This document shows positions 57,789 to 64,000 of a DNA stretch of 64,000 nt, one piece after another. A model generated the notes under the pieces. The model was not told the DNA's origin, did no database searches, and saw nothing but the letters and a program-made list of their open reading frames with translations. Every line of letters begins with the position of its first letter. The first letter of the stretch is position 1. Source of the DNA: Octopus vulgaris (Eukaryota); assembly GCA_951406725.2 (NCBI GenBank), contig OX597816.1, positions 69,936,001-70,000,000 on the forward strand, written 5' to 3'. A program made the translations under genes and the position numbers.

Positions 57789-57863
57789 TGGTAGATAGAA
57801 GAATAGATAGATAGTCAGACGGACAGAAAAACAACAGACAGACAGAAAAACAGACAGACATAC

Positions 57864-57949
<86 letters not shown>

Positions 57950-58193
57950 ATTTATTTAGTGGCCACACAGGGCTGCACACCGATGGGACAAATTACAAGG
58001 TAGAGCTTTTCTTTTGGGGAATGAAAAAACAAAAAAAACAAAAATCAAAAGAAACAAAAAAAAATGTGGCGTAGGTTTTCGATCAAAAGGGATCGTAAAA
58101 GGGAAAAAAGAAAAAGAAAAAAGGAAAAGAAAAAAAAGAAACGAAAAAGGAAAAGAGAAGAAAAAAGAGGAAAAAAAACGATCAATAGGGATC

Positions 58194-58429
58194 TATTTCT
58201 TTACTACCCACAAGGGGCTAAACACAGAGGGGACAAACAAGGACAGACAAATGGGTTAAGTCGATTATATCAGCCCCAGTGCGTAACTGGTACTTAATTT
58301 ATCGACCCCGAAAGGATGAAAAGCAAAGTCGACCTCGGCGGAATTTGAAATCAGAACGTAGCGGCAGACGAAATACCGCTAAGCATTTCGTCCGGTGTGC
58401 TAACGTCTCTGCCAGCTCGCTGCCTTCCT
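58194..58429 (-). mobile_element. SINE family B monomer inserted in the Tx1 3'UTR, 18-bp target-site duplication
   Basis: AAACGATCAATAGGGATC at 58176-58193 and 58430-58447. Confidence 0.9.
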
Positions 58430-58610
58430 AAACGATCAATAGGGATCGTGTATCACAGTGTCATGATGTACGGTGTAAAGGGGGAAGCAGATAAGGTTTA
58501 TCCGTGGGAAGAAAAGCCTACGAAAAAGACCGTGGTAACCTCGGTCAGTATTGTTATATGTTACCACATTTGTTTGCAAGTGGGTAACCCTCTGTTTTCA
58601 ATTTCTGGGT

Positions 58611-60413
58611 TCATAGGATTATGCTCAAGGTGGCTTCGTCATTCATACGTGCCATCATTGCTACATTCACCCATCCTTTTTTAAAACATTCGCAAGACAA
58701 AACCTGCCTCTCTAATCTCACTTTCCTTTTCAAGTGGTACTTGAAGAAGTTAATGAGAGATTGAGCAGAGAGGAAAGTGTTTGTCTCCAATCCTTTCAGA
58801 CGCGTCCACCAAATACATTCTTTCGCCATAGCCACAAGGATTATTAAAATAGCTCTTCCTTCCCGTTTGAAGGAAGGAGGCGAGACAATATTGACGATAG
58901 ACTCAGCTGATAAACCGACTCGTCCCACACGTGACAGCAGTTGTTCGACATAAGCCCATAGTTCGGAAATTGTTGGACACTGCACGAGTGCGTGCAGAAC
59001 GGTTTCGTCGCTCTGACCGCATCTCGGGCAGGTCGGCCCCGTGTTTCTCAAGCCGTGTTGGTAGAGCTTATCCCGAATAGGTAGCGCTTCTCGGTAGCAC
59101 TGCCAGGCCAGGGATCTCTGGAAGTTGTCCATGGGCCCCGGCCCGAAAGTCGTCCCGAACAGGCGGGTCAGGTATTCCTCCTCGACGTCCAGGTTCGCCA
59201 CGAGCTCGTCATCGTATCTCCCCTCCACTAATCCCCTATAGAATGCTTTGGTTATGATGGAGTCACTCAAGGTCGACCCAGGACCGCAGAGTTGCTTGAG
59301 AGCAACGCGACACTCGCGGTGCCATTTGCCCTTCCTCGGCCTCTTTTTGATCCACGACTGCAGTTCGGTCATAGAGACGAGCTGCGGGAAAGCGTGCCCC
59401 ACAAACGGCAACCACACCTGTTCACCGTCGTCTACGAAGAGCCTGAGATGTCGCAGTCTCAGCGCGTGTTTGCGCATCATCAACCACGGCATGCCCAGTC
59501 CTCCTTTTAACGGGTGTTGACAGCAAATGGATCGCCTGACCATCGGGACGCATCCTTTCCACAAGAAGCGAAAGAGAATGCGTTCTAGTTTGGTGATGGT
59601 AGGGTCACGACAAGGCACGACGGTCAGGCGGTAGTAGATGACGGACGCGATGTACGTGTTCGCCACCTCCGCCCGACCTTTTAGGGACAGTTTCCTCTCG
59701 GCCCATTTCCGGGCGAGAGTGACCACCCTACTCGTTATCTCGTTCCAGTTCTTCTCCACTTGGAGGTCCGGACCGAACCAGACCCCGAGCAACTCGACCG
59801 GACCGTCGGTCCAGCGTCCAACGACGGAGGCGCTGGTGGACGGCATGGGCTTGCTTCTCCAGGTGCGTAGTCGCAAGCCCACTGACTTTTCCCGGTTGGT
59901 TTTAGCTCCTATCACCGCTTCGTAGTTTTTCAGTGTCTCGCCGACCTGCTCGATGTGCTATGGCTAGACACTATGACGATGACGTCGTCTGCGTATGCAG
60001 ACACGCTCGTCCCGCATCCCAGTTCTCGCGGGATGCCCCTCATAGTTGCCAGCTTCAGCAATAATGGCTCGGGAGTCAATACGTATAGAAGCGACGAGAG
60101 GGGGCATCCCTGACAGACCAAACTAGCGATGTCGAAAGGTCTCGATAGATGTCCATTTACGCGAAATACTGAACGGATGCCTCTGTACAAAGCGGCTATC
60201 CAGCCGCGGAAGACGGGACCGAAGCTAGCCGCTCTGACGACAGCCCCCAAGTATCGATGGTCCACCCTATCGAAAGCTTTTGATTGATCCAAATTGATCC
60301 AAATTGATCAGCGCCCCACCCATGCCAGGTTCGTTAACTACCCTGTCTATGATGTAGCGCATCAGGTGGAGGTTGTCATGGATGGTCCGGCCTGGCACGG
60401 TGCACGTTTGCGC
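58611..60413 (-). pseudogene. Tx1-like ORF2 (reverse transcriptase plus C-terminal zinc finger), frameshifted
   Basis: [55 protein letters not shown]...ETVLHALVQCP; 10-bp duplication GATCCAAATT near 60290 and a frameshift near 59950. Confidence 0.92.
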
Positions 60414-60480
<67 letters not shown>

Positions 60481-60499
60481 CATATAAATGGATAGATAA

Positions 60500-60532
<33 letters not shown>

Positions 60533-60537
60533 TAGAC

Positions 60538-60616
<79 letters not shown>

Positions 60617-61128
60617 AAAATAGATAGATAGATAGATAAATGAAATTGTACGTTGACAGGTTATTTTTGTTACAAAGGCAATTATCCTAAAGGCTTTGTT
60701 CCCTTTCAAGACAAAGAATATTGACTCCCTTTTCGCGCACTCGACAATGTGCTTTTCCACGCGCTGTTATGATCAATGTGTGTGACATTTTAAATCTTGT
60801 ATAACTTTGGAGCGTTTGACTCAAACCTTCTAAACGGTTTTAAATGTTAAATAGATATTTTGAACGTGTGTAATCAATATATTCTTCGTTATAACTAAGG
60901 GTTAGTTATGATGCTATTTAAGAAATTGCTTTGTTTCACAGTAATGTTGCCAATAGTATTTATTTCTTTTTTTTTATTACACGTAAGAATACTTCGCGTG
61001 TTGGGGAAATTTGAGTGAGTGTTCAGGTGCAAGCCAGCAAAATGCCATGAAACCAAAGCAATGCATTGTCTTTTAAAAATAACTTAAGATATTCATGTTC
61101 CTCACCTAATATACTAGCAGCAGTAGCA

Positions 61129-61460
61129 GGAGGCGCAATGGCCCAGTAGTTAGGGCAGCGGACTCGCGGTCGTAAGAACGCGGTTTCGATTCCCGGTCCC
61201 GTCATTGTGTGTGTTTATTGAGCGAAAACACTTAAAGCTCCACGAGGATCCAGCAGGGGGTGTTGGCGACCCCTGTTGTACCCTTTCGCCCCAACTTTCT
61301 CTCACTCTTTCTTCCTGTTTCTTGTCCCAGAATTCCTACGCAACCGCTGAGCCTGGATGTGCAACTGCTTTCTCTTCTTCGGGTCTTACGAATAGCAAAG
61401 GACCACGTTTCGGACTTTTCCCATCTTGCGAGCTCTGGGACGAAGACCGTTCGCTCAACA
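61129..61460 (+). mobile_element. SINE family C, tail type 2
   Basis: Matches the reverse complement of 42040-42412. Confidence 0.85.
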
Positions 61461-61589
61461 GCCACAGCAGTAGCATTAACAATCGTCATCAAAATCAGTA
61501 GCAGTTATCATCATCATCATCATCATCATCAAAACGAGACCAATTGAAGCAGCTCAAATATATATATATATATATATATAATATTGACA

Positions 61590-62164
61590 CTAGGCTCAAG
61601 GCCCGAATTTTTTTAAAGAAGGGACCAGTCGATTAGATCGACACCAATACGCAGCTGGTACTTAATTTATCGACTCCGAGAGGATGAAAGGCAAAGTCGA
61701 TCTCGGTGGAACTTGAACTCAGAATGTAATGACAGACGAAATACCTATTTCTTTACTACCCACAAGGGGCTAAACACAGAAAGGAGAAACAAGGACAGAC
61801 AAACGGATTAAGTCGATTTTATCGACCCCAGTGCGTAACTGATACTTATTTAATCGATCCACAAAGGATGAAAGGCAAAGTTGACGTCGGCGGAAATTGA
61901 ACTCAGAACCTAGCGCAGACGAAATACTTATTTCTATTTTTCTACTACTCACAAGGGGCTAAACACAGAGAGGACAAACAAGGACAGACAAACGGATCAT
62001 GTCGATTATATCGACCCAGTGCACAACTGGTACTTATTTAATCGACCCCGAAAGGGATAAAAGCAAAGTCGACCTCGGCGGAATTTGAACTCAGAACGTA
62101 ACGACAGACGAAACAGCTACGCATTTCGCCCGGCGTACTAACGTTTCTGCCAGCTCACCGCCTT
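61590..62164 (-). mobile_element. SINE family B, trimeric
   Basis: One head (~62120-62164) followed by three ~180-bp units. Confidence 0.85.
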
Positions 62165-62999
62165 ACAACTCGGAATATATTGGGAAGTTTTATGTAGTGG
62201 AAACGACGCCATGCAGTCGTTGTTGCAGAATATAAAAGAATGGATAGAATTATACGTAACGAGGAAATTAGTTTTAGTTTAGTTTTGTTTAGAAAACAAA
62301 TGGGTTAAGAAAAATATATCTGGAAGACTTTGTTCTAGCATGGCCTTAGTTGAATTGGCTATAGGAAACAAAGAAACAAAAAACCACATAAAGAAACAGA
62401 TATAGTGACTGGTATAGGGCAGCATGTATTTTGGTCCTTTCTTATAAGGAAACAATAAAGCATAAACGAGACGTTCATTAGTTAAATACATTAGGCAAAG
62501 ATAAATCAATAAATGGTTAAAAGGAAATATAAAAATCACAGCGATTCTTCAAAAAATATACAAGACAAAATGGGTAAAAGAAAAAAAAAGAGCGATATAT
62601 CTATGAAGAGTATCCTACAAGAACTAACAAGAAAAGTGATACACCACGAAAGATACGAATGACGTTTAATCTATGTAATACATAGCTAGAAAGGAAAAAT
62701 CTAATTTTCGCTGTAAAATATCAATACATAAGCACCATACAGCTAACGAAATAAAACAAAGGAACAAGACGCTAATAACACCCTGTAGCGGACAGTGCAA
62801 TCAACATAACTGAATATTCAAGTATCTAATTTGTATTTGCCTAATTCTTGCACAAACAGATACAATATGTCATGTAGTTAGTTACATTTATTACAAAATA
62901 TGCAGTTACTTCAACGTAGATACTGAATATAAGTGATATATGTATGTTTCAAATTCAGCATGTTATAAGTAGGTTGCTATAGCATTCTGGAACATTTCG

Positions 63000-63535
63000 T
63001 ATTTCTTTACAACCCACAAGGTGCTAAACAGAGAGGACAAACAAGGACAGACAAACGGATTATGTCGATTATATCGACCCCATTGCGTAACTGGTACTTA
63101 ATTTATTGACCCCGAAAGGATGAACGTCAAAGTCGACCTCGGCAGAATTTGAACTCACAACGTAGCGGCAGACGAAATACCTATTTCTTTACTACCCACA
63201 AGGGACTAAACAGAGGGAGGACAAACAAGGACAGACAACCGCATTAAGTCGATTACATCGACCCCAGTGCGTAACTGGTACTTAATTTATCGACCCCGAA
63301 AGGATGAAAGGCAAAGTATACCTCGGCGGAATTTGAACTCAGAACGTAACGGCAGACGAAATACTGCTGAGCATTTCGCCCGGCGTGCTAACGATTCTGC
63401 CAACTCGCCGCCTTCCTAAGGAAGGATGAAAGGCAAAGTCGACTTGGGCAGAATTTGAACTCAGAACGAAGCGACAGGCGAAATAGCGCTACGCATATCG
63501 TCCGGTGTGCTAACGTTTCTGCCAGCTCGCCACCT
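63000..63535 (-). mobile_element. SINE family B multimer cluster
   Basis: Dimer 63000-63415 plus a further head/core fragment 63420-63535. Confidence 0.85.
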
Positions 63536-64000
63536 ACTCTGGAAGATTTCTGTCGAGAGTGCCATAGATTTCATTGTCAACTCCATCTAGTGATGGCTTG
63601 ATTATATAACAGAAAGGAAAGACTCTGTTCCATGTTACACATCGTAATCGATTCCGACCCAAGAAAGTCAAAATGTTATCAAAGTAGAACGACTTTGCAG
63701 AAAATCAGGAAGTATGTGAATGTGATCTTGAAGGGAAATAAACAAAAGCGGTGTGTAGTTCCTTATGTGGGCAGGAGAAAAGGGTAGTTGTGAGCGTGAG
63801 AATCTGCGCGTGTGAGCGTGTGCATATGCGTGTGTGGCGCGTGAGTGTAGGTCTAGTGCACGTGTCTGCACGATTGATTCAGTTCTGTGACTGAATGGAA
63901 TTGTTCGTATGCGCGTGTGAATATGTGAATGCTTGCTTATGTGAGTGTATTCCATTATTTCTGTAAGCATGTCTGTGTGTGAGTGTGTGGTATGGTGCAT

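Larger units (their letters stand above)
57950..60413 (-). mobile_element. 5'-truncated Tx1-like (L1 group) LINE within a (GATA)n tract
   Basis: ORF2 remnants plus 3'UTR ending ...CACTAAATAAAT directly before (TATC)n; (GATA)n abuts both ends. Confidence 0.9.

Noticed and set aside
61590-63535. CRISPR-like repeated units
   Set aside because: Units are ~180-bp SINE multimers without unique spacers, in a eukaryotic context.

Overview
AT-rich, microsatellite-dense animal genomic DNA with no recognisable host gene. The repeat families resemble those of cephalopods, probably Octopus (inference). Almost all listed ORFs are artefacts of (TA)n, (CA)n, (AAT)n and (GATA)n repeats. The real content is: (i) many Penelope-like retroelement (PLE) insertions, mostly inverted-repeat structures from ~160 bp to ~4.4 kb and mostly beside (TA)n, including an uninterrupted ~240-codon linker plus GIY-YIG frame (8150-7425, minus) that the ORF track reports only in part; (ii) minimal type I hammerhead-ribozyme (HHR) motifs in these elements whose core 3-8 pair differs between families (C3-G8, U3-A8, G3-C8) but stays complementary, plus a family with U at position 6; (iii) several tRNA-headed SINE families (one multimeric, one with swappable tails, one with an internal microsatellite); (iv) LINE remnants (R4/Dong-like, RTE, CR1/L2-like, and a Tx1-like element inside (GATA)n); (v) a mariner remnant and MITEs. 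The best candidate for an undescribed system is the set of short fold-back PLE derivatives carrying non-canonical, covarying hammerhead cores. All alignments and folds were done by eye; no ribozyme activity can be shown from sequence.
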